A stretch of DNA of 64,000 bases from assembly GCF_009914755.1 (NCBI RefSeq), contig NC_060934.1, one strand, 5' to 3'. The notes beneath the pieces are model-generated. The model saw only the letters and a list, made by a program, of their open reading frames with translations. It was not told the DNA's origin and ran no database searches. Below, in pieces: positions 16,488-30,339 of this stretch. A program made the translations under genes and the position numbers. Every line of letters begins with the position of its first letter. Position 1 is the stretch's first letter. The DNA is from the human T2T-CHM13v2.0 reference genome, Homo sapiens.

Positions 16488-17381
16488 ACACATGCATGTT
16501 TATAGCAGTATAATTTGCAATTACAAAACATGGAACCAGCTCAAATGTCCATCAATCAATGAGTGGATAAAGAAAATGTGGTATATATGTATATATACCA
16601 TGGAATACGACTCAGCCATAAAAAGGAACAAAATAATGGCATTCGCAACAACCTGGATGGAGTTGGAGACCATTATCATAAGTGAAGTAACTCAGGAATG
16701 GAAAACCAAACATCATATATTCTCACTCATAAGTGGGAGCTAAGCTATGAGGATGCAAAGGCATAAGAATGATACAATGGACTTTGGAGATCAAGGAAAA
16801 GGGTGGTGGGGGTGGGGGATAAAACTCTACACACTGGGTACAGTGTACACTGCCCGGGTGATGGGTGCACCAAAATTTTAGAAATCACCACTAAAGAACT
16901 TATTCATGTACAATAAATAAATAAATAAAAATTAACAGGGGGAAAATTGGTACATGGAATGTCAGGGGGCCTTAGGCAACGCTGCCCTGGGGCAGAACCC
17001 CCTGCTCTCCCACCAAGACACAGTGCCCTCCCCAACCCTATCAAGCAGCTGGCCCTGAAGGAACAGTGTACACCTGAGGGGCCCAGGCAGGAGGCTGGAG
17101 CTTAGGGCATAGGAGAGGAGCCAAGAGGTTGTGAAGACAGAGTAGCTGCAGGGGAGGTGCAGACTCCACCACCTAAAGGGTGCCTGCAGGGGCCTGAGAG
17201 CCAAGACCAAGGCTCTGCACCATGGGGTGGCCTCCTGCATCTCCCGCCATGTGGACTCTGCACAGGTTGGATTATATCCCTTGAACCTGAAGAGCCGCCT
17301 TAACATTTTTTGGGATTCCATGTTTGTGCTGACAACACCACCCCTTCCTTCCACAACACTGGGCATGGTGCCCAACTTGGA

Positions 17382-17613
17382 CCATGGGTTGTCAATCAAC
17401 GAGTGGATGATCAGCCCTCAGGCCAAGTCCTCCCACACCCTGTGTTTGTGAATACAATGTTATTGATCAAGGCAGTGCACATTGATGAAACTGTTGTCCA
17501 CACCTGCCTTCACGCTGTAACAGCAGGGTTGAGTTGTTGTGACAGAGACCATGTGGTAGCAAAGCCTGAAATATTTACCCTCTAGCTCTTTACAGAAAGG
17601 ATTGTCAATCCTG
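17382..17613. mobile_element. MER58A-like hAT MITE
   Basis: GTTGAGTTGTTGTGACAGAGACC..AAAGCCTGAAATATTTAC..CTTTACAGAAA. Confidence 0.7.
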
Positions 17614-17762
17614 AGGAAATCAACAGGAAGGAAACTATTCCAGTTTCTAAAAATGTGAGTGTTTTGTGTGGTGAAAGAGACCATACATTTCTAAGAGAAA
17701 TGATAGAGACAGACTGGAGAAAATACTTGCAACATATGCATTTACAAAATTTAATAACTCTT

Positions 17763-17921
17763 GGCTGGGCGTGGTGGCTCATGCCTATAATCCCAGCACT
17801 TTGGGAGGCCGAGGCAGCTGAATCACTTGAACCCCGGAGGTGGAGGTTGCGGAAAGCCGAGATTGTGCCACTACACTCCAGCCTGGGCAACAGAGCAAGA
17901 CTCCATCTCAAAAAAAAAAAA
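17763..17921 (+). mobile_element. Single-arm Alu (left/right arm hybrid)
   Basis: Left-arm start CCCAGCACTTTGGGAGGCCGAGGC fused to right-arm AATCACTTGAACCC..; TSD TTAATAACTCT at 17751 and 17922. Confidence 0.85.
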
Positions 17922-18555
17922 TTAATAACTCTAATATTCCAAGGCTTCTACAAATTAATGAGAAAAAGGCAAACACAATAAAATAGAAAAATAGAAAAAT
18001 GGGCAAAGGAGTTGAACAGAAAAAGCACACCAAATACAAATGATTTATGAATTTATGAGAGACAAATGTCATAAGTTATTAAGAAAACAGAAATGTCACA
18101 GTGTTTTTCACTCACATTGATAGTATTGAGTCTTGATAAGGATGAAGGGAACGCTGTGCCTTTGGGAGAAGCATCAATGAGCACACTTGTTTTGGAGAGG
18201 GTAATCTATCTAAACTAACACTAAATTTTTTAAAAATGCATATCTTTGCTAGATAGTATCATTTCTAGATGTCTAATCTATAGAAATAATCATACAAGTT
18301 CAAAAATAAATACAGAAGGATTGTCATCCTATCATTACATGAGATAACATTTTTTTAGAGAAAACCTGAACACTAATTAATGGAAAATGGTTACATAAAT
18401 TGTAATGCATACATTTTGTAAAATAGGCAGTTATTAAAAGGAATGAAATGCATCAATATTTTCTAAATGTAATAACTACTAAGATATATTGTTGAGTAAA
18501 AAAGCAAGTTGAAAAACATTATGAATTGCATGATTGCATTCTAAAACATAAAATC

Positions 18556-18608
18556 TGTGTGTGTGTATGTGTGTGCACATGTGTGTGTATGTGTGCATGT
18601 GTATGTGT
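18556..18608. repeat. Imperfect (TG)n
   Basis: TG/TA/CA alternating tract. Confidence 0.8.
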
Positions 18609-18674
18609 TCTAGGGAAAGGAGCGATGGCCACCTACCTCCTTCACTGGTGTGTGGTAGGCAGGGTTGCTGCTCT

Positions 18675-19130
18675 ATAAGCTAAGATATTGATTTGGCTGC
18701 TTTAGCAAAGATCAAAATAACAGTGACTTAACAATAAAGAAGTTTGGTTCTCCCTCTCGTTAAAGTCTTGGATTAGTAGAAAGGCCAGAGGTCAAAGTTT
18801 CCAGAGTCCTACCTGTCTCATCACTGTGCCATTCTGTCAGTGCATCTCAGCTCCACACAGTTGCAGCTGGAGGACCATGGCCTGGGCAGCAGGAAGGGGG
18901 AATGTGGAGGAAAGGACAGATAGGCTCTGTGGAAGGCATGACCCAGAGTTCTACATGTGATTTAAATCACCTTCTTTTGGCCAAAACATAGTCATGTGGC
19001 CACACCACGTAGGCTGGGAAAAAAAGCAGTCCTTGGCTAGGCAGCCCCATGCCCAGCTAAAATGTAGAGGTATCTGTTATTAAAAGAAAAACAGAAGAAG
19101 TCAATATTTGGGTATAATGAGTAGTCTCTT
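18675..19130 (-). mobile_element. Ancient MLT1 LTR remnant
   Basis: AAAATAACAGTGACTTAACAATAAAGAAG and TTGGCCAAAACATAGTCATGTGGCCACACC. Confidence 0.5.
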
Positions 19131-19387
19131 CCTATGGATGTCCTGCTGTCTTCCTTGCCAACAGAAAATCATAAAATCGACAATGGAGAAACAGCAGACG
19201 GATTATGAAAGAATGCAATTTGTCTATAGCAGACTTATCCACAACAGTAACAGGCAACAGAAGATGGAAAATTATATTTGCAAAGTAATGAGAGAAACCA
19301 GTGTGAGCATAGCATCCTACATTATGCAAATGATCATTTAAGAGGAAGGGAAAGAGAAAAACATTTCAGAGCAAGACAGTGAGAATT

Positions 19388-19541
19388 GGCCAGGCACGGT
19401 GGCTCGTGCCTTTAATCCCAGCATTTTGGGAGGCCAAAGCAGGAGGATTGCTTGAGCCCAGGAGTTTGAGACCAGCCTGGGCAACTTGGTGAAATCCTGT
19501 CTGTATTAAAAACAAAACAAAACAAAACAGAAAAAAAAAAA
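19388..19541 (+). mobile_element. FLAM-like free left Alu monomer
   Basis: GGAGGATTGCTTGAGCCCAGGAGTTTGAGACCAGCCTGGGCAAC + A-rich tail; flanking repeat AGTGAGAAT. Confidence 0.8.
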
Positions 19542-20066
19542 GGTAGTGAGAATGTACCATTAATAGACATGTGCTGAAAGAACTACTAACAGATGTACTA
19601 TATTTCAAGAAGAAGGAAATTGAACACAGAAGGAACTGAGGTGCAAGAAGTAATGGTATAGAAGAACACTGGAAATATATGGTATTTCTAGAAAGCTTTA
19701 GCTGAATCCATCAGTAATAATAAACGTAATAGTTCTGAATGTATAAAAGTAAGTTGGAAATTTCCAGCTGGAAAAAGATGGCTTAGACTAGTTTTCCTTG
19801 CACCTTCCCTCTACACACAGCTATAAACCCTAGAATAATGTAAGAGGCAACCAAAGGAGAACTCTCATAGGTGTTAACAGGAAAGTGAACTGGTTTGGGC
19901 CTCAGGGATGGATGAAGTGCAGCTGCAGGGAATCTTATTTCCCCTTACCAGATGGAGGACAGTGACCCAGGTCCAGTGTTTCCCATCCCCAACACAGTGA
20001 CAGAAGGCAGCCAAGGAATCCTCATTCCTGTCCTGGAACTACAGGAGTCCCTCCTACAGCACCAGG

Positions 20067-21270
20067 TGTATTCATCTTCTGTTGTTGCTATAACAAAATT
20101 ACCACAAACTTAGTGGCTTAAGTAACTACACATTTATTATTTTCCAGTTGTGGAGGTCAGAGGTCTCAAACTGGTCTCACTGGGAAAAACTCAAGGTCTT
20201 CAGGGCTGTATTCCCTTTGGAGCTCTAGGGGGGGATCCATTCCCTTGTCATTTCCAGCTTTAGAGGCTGCCCACACTCCTTGGCTAGTGGCCCCTTCCTC
20301 CATCTCCAAGCCAGCCACATCATGTTGAGTCCTGCTCATTCTTCCATCTCTTATTTTCTCTCTACTGCCTTCACCTTCCATTAACAAGAACTCTTGTGAT
20401 TACATTGTATGTTTGTGGTTACACTACAGAATCCAAGATGACCTCCCCATCTCAAGGTCAACTAATTAACACCTTAATTCTATTTGCAATCTTTGTCATT
20501 ACCATAACATATTCATGGGTTCTGGGATAAGGGGTAGACATTTTTATGGAGGCATTAGTCTGCTTACCACAGACTGCCCTCTGGCCCCCAAAGATACACA
20601 TCTATCCCATATGCAAAATGCATTCCACTCCAAGATTCCCAGCCTTATCAACCCATTAAAGTAACAACTCAAAGTCCAAAATCTCATCTAACTTTCAGAT
20701 TAGCTCCAAAGTGCCAAAATGCATCATCCGAGGCTCTGGGAGTGATCCATCCTGGGGCACAATTCTTCTTCATCTGTGAACCTGGGAAATTCAAGAAACA
20801 AGTTATCTACTCCCAAAATACAAAGGTGAGACAGGCATGGGATAACAGTGATAGATATTTCCATTCAAAAAGAGAAGAGGAAGAAAAAGGAGTTGCCAGT
20901 CCCAATCAATTTCAAAATCAAGCCAGGCACATTCCATTTTGTTTCAAGGCCTGAGAATAATTCTCTGTGGCTCAAGACTCAGACCCCCCTGAGCTAGTGG
21001 CTCTGCCTTTGGAGTCATCCTTCCTTTTTCTTGAAGGGTATCACATGTTTACAGCTGAGTAGTTTTATCATCACATTTTTTGCCTGTAGAATTTGAGAGT
21101 GGCGGGGGCGGTCTAACAGCCCTTTTTCATTTTGCTTTCTCTCTGTACTTTTCTTTCCAAGCTAGCAGTGTTTCTGTTGGTATAACATCCTCAAGAGCCT
21201 TGTGAGTCTCCCATGTTTGTCACAGGGATTCACACCATTGGATAAGAGACTCATCTAAGGATCTTTCATA
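20067..21270 (-). mobile_element. MLT1D-like LTR (20067-20571) plus adjoining MaLR internal sequence
   Basis: TACCACAAACTTAGTGGCTTAA..TAGAGGCTGCCCACACTCCTTGGCT..TACCACA, then internal CCCTCTGGCCCCCAAAGAT..CATATGCAAAAT. Confidence 0.75.
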
Positions 21271-21953
21271 GAGTTCAGTGCCACCTGCAAGGGAGATATA
21301 CCAGGATCCCACCATCAATAAGTGGGCAAGAGAAGTCCTCACCTCCTCTGCAGCCTGAAACTCCCCTCTCCCATCAAGAAACAGCAGGCCAGGTGGAGAA
21401 GGCACTGGCAGAGGGCATCCTGTCATAAGTACCTCCTCTGGGAAGACTCTCTGTGCCCTATAAGCAGAAGAGATCCTGTCACAAGGGCCCAGCTTGGAAA
21501 GCCTCTGTTTTTGTGTGGGCCTGGGTCTTCCCACCCCACTGAGTGACACCAGGCCAACAAACCTAGGGAAATACCTTCAGCCCTCTGGGCAGCAACAGCA
21601 GGGACCAGTGAAGAGCCTAGCAGCACCAGCTAAACCAAACAGGTGAAAATGACACCACAAAGTTTCTGAAAATTAAACTGTTATTGGAACCATGGCCCAC
21701 AAAAGTAGGTCATTACTCACATACTAAGCCTTAACAGGGTGATTGCCTTGCTACAATAGAAAATTTAAATAGAAATCAGTCTCCTAACAGAAGAAACAAA
21801 ATGTCCAGAATACAATAACATACCAAGAAACAGGAAAGCAACAACTTGAATGAGAAAAGACAATCGAATAATATCAACATGGAGACGAATTAGGTATTGA
21901 AATATTCTGGCTAGGACTTTACAGGAACCATCATAAAAATGCTTCAAAAATTA

Positions 21954-22254
<301 letters not shown>

Positions 22255-22944
22255 ATTAATTACAAATGAAAAAATAGAAAATATCAGCAAAAAGTAGAAG
22301 TTACAAATTTGTTGGGTTAAATTACATTAATAGATTTTATGATGTAGAACCATCATTTATTTTATTGTAAAAATACAATAAAATAAATTAAAAACTTGCT
22401 GGATGAGCTCAATGGTAGAATGGAAGTGACAAAGCATAAAATCTGTGAATATGAGAACAGATCAATAGCACTTGCTCATCATGTGAATAACATCATTAAG
22501 AATAACAGAAAAAAAATCATCTGAAAAAAATGAACAGAGCCTCAGGGACCTTGTTAGAGTAAAAAAAAAAATCTGACTTCCATACTATCAGAGCCTAATA
22601 AGAAGAGAAGAAAGAGTTGAAAGAATATTTGAAGAAATAATTCCCATTTTGATGAAAGATATAAATCTACAGATTCAAGAAACTATGATAATCACAAACA
22701 AGATAAACCCAAAGAAATCCATACCAAGACACATCATCATTAACTTAATAAAACTAAAGACAAAAAAAATTGAAAACAGCCAGAAGAAATGACATCTTAA
22801 CCTACAAGTGTCATTTGAATAAGAGTGGATTTCTTATTTGAAACCATGGATGATAAATATCTTATAAAACATAAAGTAGAACATATTTTACATAGACTAT
22901 AGTCTCTTATAAAAATAAAATATAAAAGAAAAATCTCTTTGCAC

Positions 22945-23216
22945 TCCCATGTTCAAGGGTGGAAGAAGAGGGATGTCCCAGGGGAGGGAAGGAGGAAGAG
23001 AATTTGCCCTTCTCCCACCTTTTTGTTCTATCAGGTCCTCAACAGATGGGAAGATGCCCATCCACATTGGTGAGGGTAGATCTTTACTCAGTCCACCACT
23101 TCAAATGCCAATCTCTTCTAGAAGAACTCTCACAGACACACTCAGAAATAATGTGTTACCAGCCATCAGGGCATGTTTTAGGCCAGTCAAGTTGACACAT
23201 AAAATTAGCCATCACT
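22945..23216 (-). mobile_element. MLT2 (ERVL) LTR part
   Basis: Ends CCAGTCAAGTTGACACATAAAATTAGCCATCAC, reverse of the MLT2 5' terminus. Confidence 0.8.
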
Positions 23217-23434
23217 GTGTACTTTTCCTGCCCTGGTCTTTGATTTGGCCTAGTGGTGATAGGGAATTTAGAACCCCAGATCCAGTCTCTAGCTGTGCTC
23301 ATTGCTCCTGGAGCACCATGCTTCTGGCTCTTTCAGAACAGAAGTAGAAAATATATGAGTTTTTCATTTGTTTGCTTTTTAAATCTATCCTGTTCCCTCA
23401 AATTCTAACCAACACCACAGTACTCTTCCGGTCT

Positions 23435-23769
23435 TAGAGCTTCAAACTTATGTTTGTTTTATCTGAATTCCTTCCTCAGGAAAGGACCCTCAGGCCTGTC
23501 AACGAAAGTATCAAAGAACTGAAACTCACAAAATCACCACATCCTGATAATGAGATGCCAGACCCCTCATTCATCATGATTGCTTCCTTAACCTCTCTAA
23601 TTCCTGTTTTCTTATACATTATTACATTTCTTCCCAGGTATATAAACCTTTAATTTTGGTGGGTCAGGCAGAAGGATTTGAGACTGAACTCTCATTTCCT
23701 TGGCTACCTCAGTGATTGGCTGTGCAGCAAGCAGCAGGACCTCAGTGGACCCCTGGTGTTTTGGTAACA
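23435..23769 (+). mobile_element. MER39-like ERV1 LTR part
   Basis: TATCAAAGAACTGAAACTCAC..AATGAGATGCCAGACCCCTCATTCATCATGATTGCTTCC; TATA; ends GGTAACA. Confidence 0.7.
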
Positions 23770-24724
23770 TAATCACATCATATTTCTCCTTCAATTTATT
23801 GGGTTAAGTTACATTAATAGATTTTATGATGTAGAACCATCCTTACATTCTTGCAATAAACTGTATTAGTTGTGAATTGGTGGATTCGACTAATATTTCA
23901 TTCAGGTTTATAAATAAAATGTCTGTAATTATCACTTCTGATGTTGTTCTTAACTGGTTTTGGAATCAAAACAATGTTCACTTTTTAGAATGAACTTGAA
24001 GACGTTATCTCTTTTGGTATATTTTGGAACAACTTGCTTAACTTGAACATTTGTATATAATTTGAAAATTTTGTAAAATTTACCTTCAAAACCATTTTGG
24101 CCTGGGGTTGTTTGTTTGAGGGGTTGACGGAAGGCAGAGCTTGGACTATTACAACTGTATTAATGTTTCCTGGTTTACCTGTTCCAATTTTTTTCTTCTT
24201 ATGCAGTTTTGGTTTTCTATATTTTTATAAGATTTTATTCATTGAATTGAGGGCTTCAATTTTTCATTTACAATAAAATTCTCCTTTACAATTTTTAAAA
24301 ATCTCCACTGTGTTTGCAGTTATTATCTCTTTTTGTTCTGTATTTCCTCTCATAGTTTACTTTTATGATCATCTTTTTTCCTTGGTGAGTCTTGTGAGAT
24401 GTGTCTGTCTTGTTAATTTTTTCAATGACTTTATTTCTGCCTTCGTTAATCTTCTCCATTGTTTTGATTGATGTGTGCCCTGATGGTTATTATCTCCTTT
24501 TGTGTGGTTTTTTTTTTTTTTTGGTTTTACTTTGTTGCTCTTATTCCAACTCTTGAGTTGAATGCTAGTTTGTTTTTAAAAATTGTATTTTCTGAAAAAT
24601 GGTCTTAAAGCTATAATTCTCCTTCTAACAATTGCTTTATTGGCAGTCTGTGTTTTTATTATCATTTAGTTTTAAATATTCCGCAACTTCCTTTTAAATC
24701 CAAGAGTGATTTTGTAAAATGCTA

Positions 24725-25181
<457 letters not shown>

Positions 25182-25574
25182 CTAATTTAATGTGTATTAC
25201 CTATTTTGGGGGGTTTAGAGTTCTTTATATATCTATTAATTATAGTGATCAGACCTTGATACGCATGCTAATTTTTTGGTCTGTTTTATCCATAAGTTTC
25301 TAAAGCAGTATGTTAAAATATCCTACTATAATTATTGATTCTTCTATTTATATCTATAATTTTTTCAGTTGTTACCTTACATATTTTGTTGCTATAATTG
25401 TGGGGACACAATTTCATGATGTTGATGTGTATATTTTGTATTTCTTTTAAGTAGTTTAAATATCATTATTCTGGAAATTTTATCCTAAATTTTATTAGAA
25501 ACATACTTCATTGTTTCTAAGTCAAGATTTTTACAAATTCTGGCATCTCTAAAACTGAGTTGCTGAGTTGCTAA

Positions 25575-25830
25575 TTAATGAGGATAAAGTTCTAGTTAAA
25601 CAAAATGAATAAGTTCTAGAGATCTGCTATACAACATTGTAACCTATCTTTAACTATACCCTATTGAGCCATAATCCAGCCACTGTACTCCAGCCTGGCC
25701 CACAGAGCAAGACCCTGTCTCTAAAAACCAACAATAACTACAACAACAACATTGTATTGTACACTTTAAAATGTGTTAAGATGGTATATTTCATGTTAAG
25801 TGTTCTTATCATAATAAAATAAAATTTCAA
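25575..25830 (+). mobile_element. L1MB-type 3' end fragment containing an Alu tail fragment
   Basis: ATGAATAAGTTCTAGAGATCTGCTATACAACAT..TTTCATGTTAAGTGTTCTTA; Alu 3' piece ~25665-25750. Confidence 0.65.
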
Positions 25831-26485
25831 AGTAAAATTGAGTTGTTTCTTTTACCTGCTGTCTGGGAGGCAGTAGATGTGACCTAGGTGTTATTGCCTG
25901 TGTTTATGTGAACATAATGATAACTGTTCTTTTTGTCATTACTTCAATTGAGTTCTGTGCATTTTTGGCACTAGATGTGCTGAATTTAATTGTTGTTTAT
26001 AATTTATTTAAAAGCTTACATGATGATTTGGCATTGAAGTGAAAAGTTATATCGTAAGCAGAAAATTAACTATAAGAGGCTAGTGTGACCTATTTATATG
26101 TCATGCAGGACTATAGTCAAGGTATCAAATATCGATTTGTCAGAAACTTGCTGCTGACTTTGATCTGAAGCTATTTAACTTCTAAGAACATATGATTCCA
26201 CTGAGGAAAAAAATGAAGCTATGAATGAAATAAAAAATGAAATACTAATAAAACTGAGTTTTTACAGAACAATTGCTAAAGGTGCTTATTATGAACACAG
26301 GTTAGAAAAATATTACATCACTCTGATGCTATGCATAATCACCAAAGGTCAAATGTTGTTACCATATTTAATTTTAAACCACAAACAATAACAAAATGTA
26401 AGTTATTTCCCAAAATATCTTATTGTGCTTGCACTAAAAAGAAGAAAAAGGCATTAGATAAACTGATGACAGAATAATTAAAAGA

Positions 26486-26782
26486 GGCTGGGCGCGGTGG
26501 CTCAAGCCTATAATCCCAGCACTTTGGGAGGCCGAGGCAGGTAGATCACCTGAGGTCAGGAGTTACAGACCAGCCTGGCCAACATGGTGAAACCCTGAGT
26601 CTACGAAAAATACAAACAATAGCTGGGCATGGTGGTGGGTGCCTATAATCCCAGCTACTCAGGAGGCTGAGGCAGGAGAATCACTTGAACCTAAGAAGCA
26701 GAGGTTGCAGTGAGCCAAGATCGCACCATTGCTTTCTGGGCAAGAGAGTGAGACTCTGTCTCAAAAAAAAAAAGAAAAAAAA
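26486..26782 (+). mobile_element. Alu (AluSx-like)
   Basis: Full dimeric Alu with A-tail. Confidence 0.9.
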
Positions 26783-27276
26783 CTCAAAGAATCTGGAATG
26801 GATGTCTAGGAGACTAAGTAACTAAGCATATTTGTTTTGATGTATCTGATCAGCTAAAGAATAAGTTCACTAAGAAGTGAATTAGGTTGGTGGTTGTTCC
26901 ATAATGTATGACTCCTTGAAGATTCCATCAGCAAACCATTTAACACTTATTTGAAGAAGGAACACGATTTCTGTTTGTTGTCTGAAAACCTTGCACTGAT
27001 TGCAAGTTCTGGTAAGATCACTAAAGCACTGGCATCAACTTAAAAATGGCATCCATGTCTTGAAAGAAAAAAAAATCTCAGACAACATTGAAGCACTCTT
27101 AAACAGTGCTTCATCACAAATTCTATCATTATCACAGAGGGCATTTGAGTATGCTCAAAAGCTTGGGTAACTGACTGTGAGTGAAAAAGTAATTCAAAAG
27201 AATTATATTCTGATTTGGAAAAGTTTGTTTTCCTTTTATATATTAGGGCTATCTATTTCCAGAATTTTTAATTTAA

Positions 27277-27541
<265 letters not shown>

Positions 27542-29906
27542 TAGAGTTTTATTTTTAATTCTACCGTCTCTTTAAGTTTCTTCTGGAGACCACATACTGT
27601 TGGATATGTTTTTGTTTCAAATTCTGAGAGTCTCAGCCTTTTAATTGTTGGATTTAACCCATTTATATTTTGTAATTTCTGTTATATTAGTGATTATTTC
27701 TTCCAACTTCATATTTACATTTACTTTTTCCCATTATATTCTTTTATTGATTTAAAAGTTATAACTATAATTTATGTTCTATGACAGTTGCCTTAATTTA
27801 ATATCCAAATATATGTTTATTTGCTTCTTTTATTTTCTTAAGCAAATATTAATATATACATTTTTCCCTTAACAATAAAAGTATTTTTGATGCTTATTAT
27901 ACCCTTGGCCTCTCTTTCTTGCTCTCTCAATCCCTGTCATATTGATATTATTTAAAATTTTAGTTCTTGGTTGCCATATATGTTTTTTTCTTTTCTTTGG
28001 TCTTAGAGTGAGGGCGTTTGTACTTTTCTTCCCTCCTAAGGCAAGGGTAACACTTGCTGATTCATCTGAGGATGCTTATTGCCCATACCTCCCGTATTAT
28101 CCTTCTGAATCTGTAGCTCCTCTTTTTTATGTACTTTCCTTGAAAATATTTTAAATGTGAGTCTTTGTTGATCTTTGTGTGGCAAGCCTGATACTCTAAA
28201 TGCCTGAGCACATTTTAAATATATACTTAGGTTTTAATGAAAAATTGGAGATAAAAATTTCAGTTTCAAAATTTTTATTTTCAATACTTTAAAATATTTC
28301 TCAGTTGTTCTATTGCTTCCAATGTTGTGTTTGAGAAGTTTGATGCCAATTTGATTCTTATTCCTTTGTAAGTGCTCTCTGCAAGCATTTAGAATTTTCC
28401 CTGTCTCCTAAATGTTTTAAATTCACTGTAATGTATCTGGGTGTGTCTTTTTCTTTATGTTTTCTGTTTGAGCCCTATTTGTCTTTATTTCTGGGACATT
28501 CATCTTTGCTTTTATTCAAATATTTCTTTTTCTCCCTCTTTCTCTTTTTCTTTTGAGACTCCATTTACCCCTACCCTTTGGATATTGGCACTTCTATATC
28601 TATCTTCCATATCTTTTATCTTATTTCACAGTTTTAATCTCTTTATTCTTTCCTGCCCTCTGAAGTGTTCTCAGCCTTCACTCTCAATTCCCTAACCTGC
28701 TTCTCAGCTCTGGCTCACTCTAGAAGGCCCATGTCAATAGACCTGTCCGTGGTTTTCTAACTTTTACCATCACACATAGCACTGCAGTGAATAACCTGCA
28801 CATGTGAAAGGATCTCTATAGGATAAATGCCCAAAATTTGAATTGTGAGTCAAAGGACATCTGAATTTCTAATTTCTGATAGGTAAATTTTTCTCCACAG
28901 TGGTGGACCGAATTACACTCCACCCAGCAATGTGTAAGAGTGTGGTTTCTTTTACATTTTCCTAATGATGAATTGTGTTGAACATTGTTTCACGTGTTTA
29001 TTGACCATCTGCATATCTTCTTTGGTGATATCTATTCGAGTCCTTTGCCCATTAAAAACATTGAGTTGTCATTTTGTTATTGGGTTGTTAATTCATATTT
29101 TCTACTTAATTGTTGCTTTTATACGTGAAAAGCTGTGGGTCTCAATATTAATTTTGTTCATTGCTACTGTAGTAAATTTTCTTATTATTTGTTGTACTTT
29201 TTCACTGTGTTGGATTTTTCAGGCATGCAATCATGTTATCTGCAAATAGGCTAGCTCCTCTTTACTGCTGTTTCTCTTGTCTATAATACTCGTGTTGGCT
29301 GGTACCTCTAATGCAATGTTAAATAACAATGGTTACAGGAGACATTCTCGTTTTGTTTCTGACACTCTCAGGAATCCTTCTAATGATGTGAATTTGCGGA
29401 CTGGAATAGATTTATATTGATAATGCTATGAAGTATTAGTCTATATTGGCTTATTTAAGATATTAAAATCAGACTAGATTTAAGTTTTCTATGGTCTATG
29501 GAACTGATCATATGACTTATCTCTTTAGAGCCAATGATTTTGTGAATTATATTAATTTCCTGACATTCAGTCATCCTATTATTCCTGGAATAAATTCTGC
29601 ATAGTCATAAGGAACACATTCTTATTCTAAGGCATTGTTATATTCTGTTTCCTAATATTTTATTTAAGATTTTTAAATTGGAATTAATAAGCAAAATTGG
29701 TGTGTATCTTCCTTTTCTGTGTCTATACTCCCTGCCAAATTTCAATGTTACTTTTATGTCACAGAAAACATTTAGAAGTTTTTCTCATTTTTCAATGTTT
29801 TGTAGCAGTTTAAAAAACACAGAAAATGTCTGTTATTTATTAAAGACAATGTAAATTCCCTTATAACATTATCAAAGGCTATTCTGGAGACTAGCTTATT
29901 GACAAC

Positions 29907-30339
29907 TATATTAGTCTGCTGGGGTTGTCATAACAAAGTATCACAAACTAAGTGGCTTAAACAACAGAAATTTATTGTCTTACAGTTCTGGAGGCCGGAA
30001 GTTGAGATCAAGGTGTCAGCAGGGCTGTGCTCTGCGGAGAATGCTGGGGAAGGATCTGTCCAGGACTCTCTCCGCTTCTGGTGGTTCCTTGGCATGTGGC
30101 AGCATCACTCCAATCAGCATGTGGCATCCTCCCTGTGTGCCTGGGTCTGTGTCCAGACTTCCCCTTTTCAGAAGGACACCAGCTGTGTTGAATGACAGCC
30201 CACCTGGCTCCAGTGTGACCTCATTCTAACTTAACTAACATCTGCAATGACCCTGTTTCCAAATGAGGTCACAATCTGAGGGACTGGGGCTTAGGACTTC
30301 AACGCAGGAATTCGGGGGCATACAATTCAACCCAGAACA
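29907..30339 (-). mobile_element. MLT1B-like solo LTR
   Basis: GGCTTAAACAACAGAAATTTATTGTCTTACAGTTCTGGAGGC..ACAATTCAACCCAGAACA; perfect 5-bp TSD ACAAC at 29902 and 30340. Confidence 0.9.

Larger units (their letters stand above)
25503..27260 (+). mobile_element. Kanga/Tc2-like DNA transposon remnant with decayed transposase
   Basis: Terminus TACTTCATTGTTTCTAAG..CATCTCTAAAA (MER104/Kanga-like); GATTTGGCATTGAAGTGAAAAGTTAT; decayed DDE-like region ~26280-27000. Confidence 0.5.
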
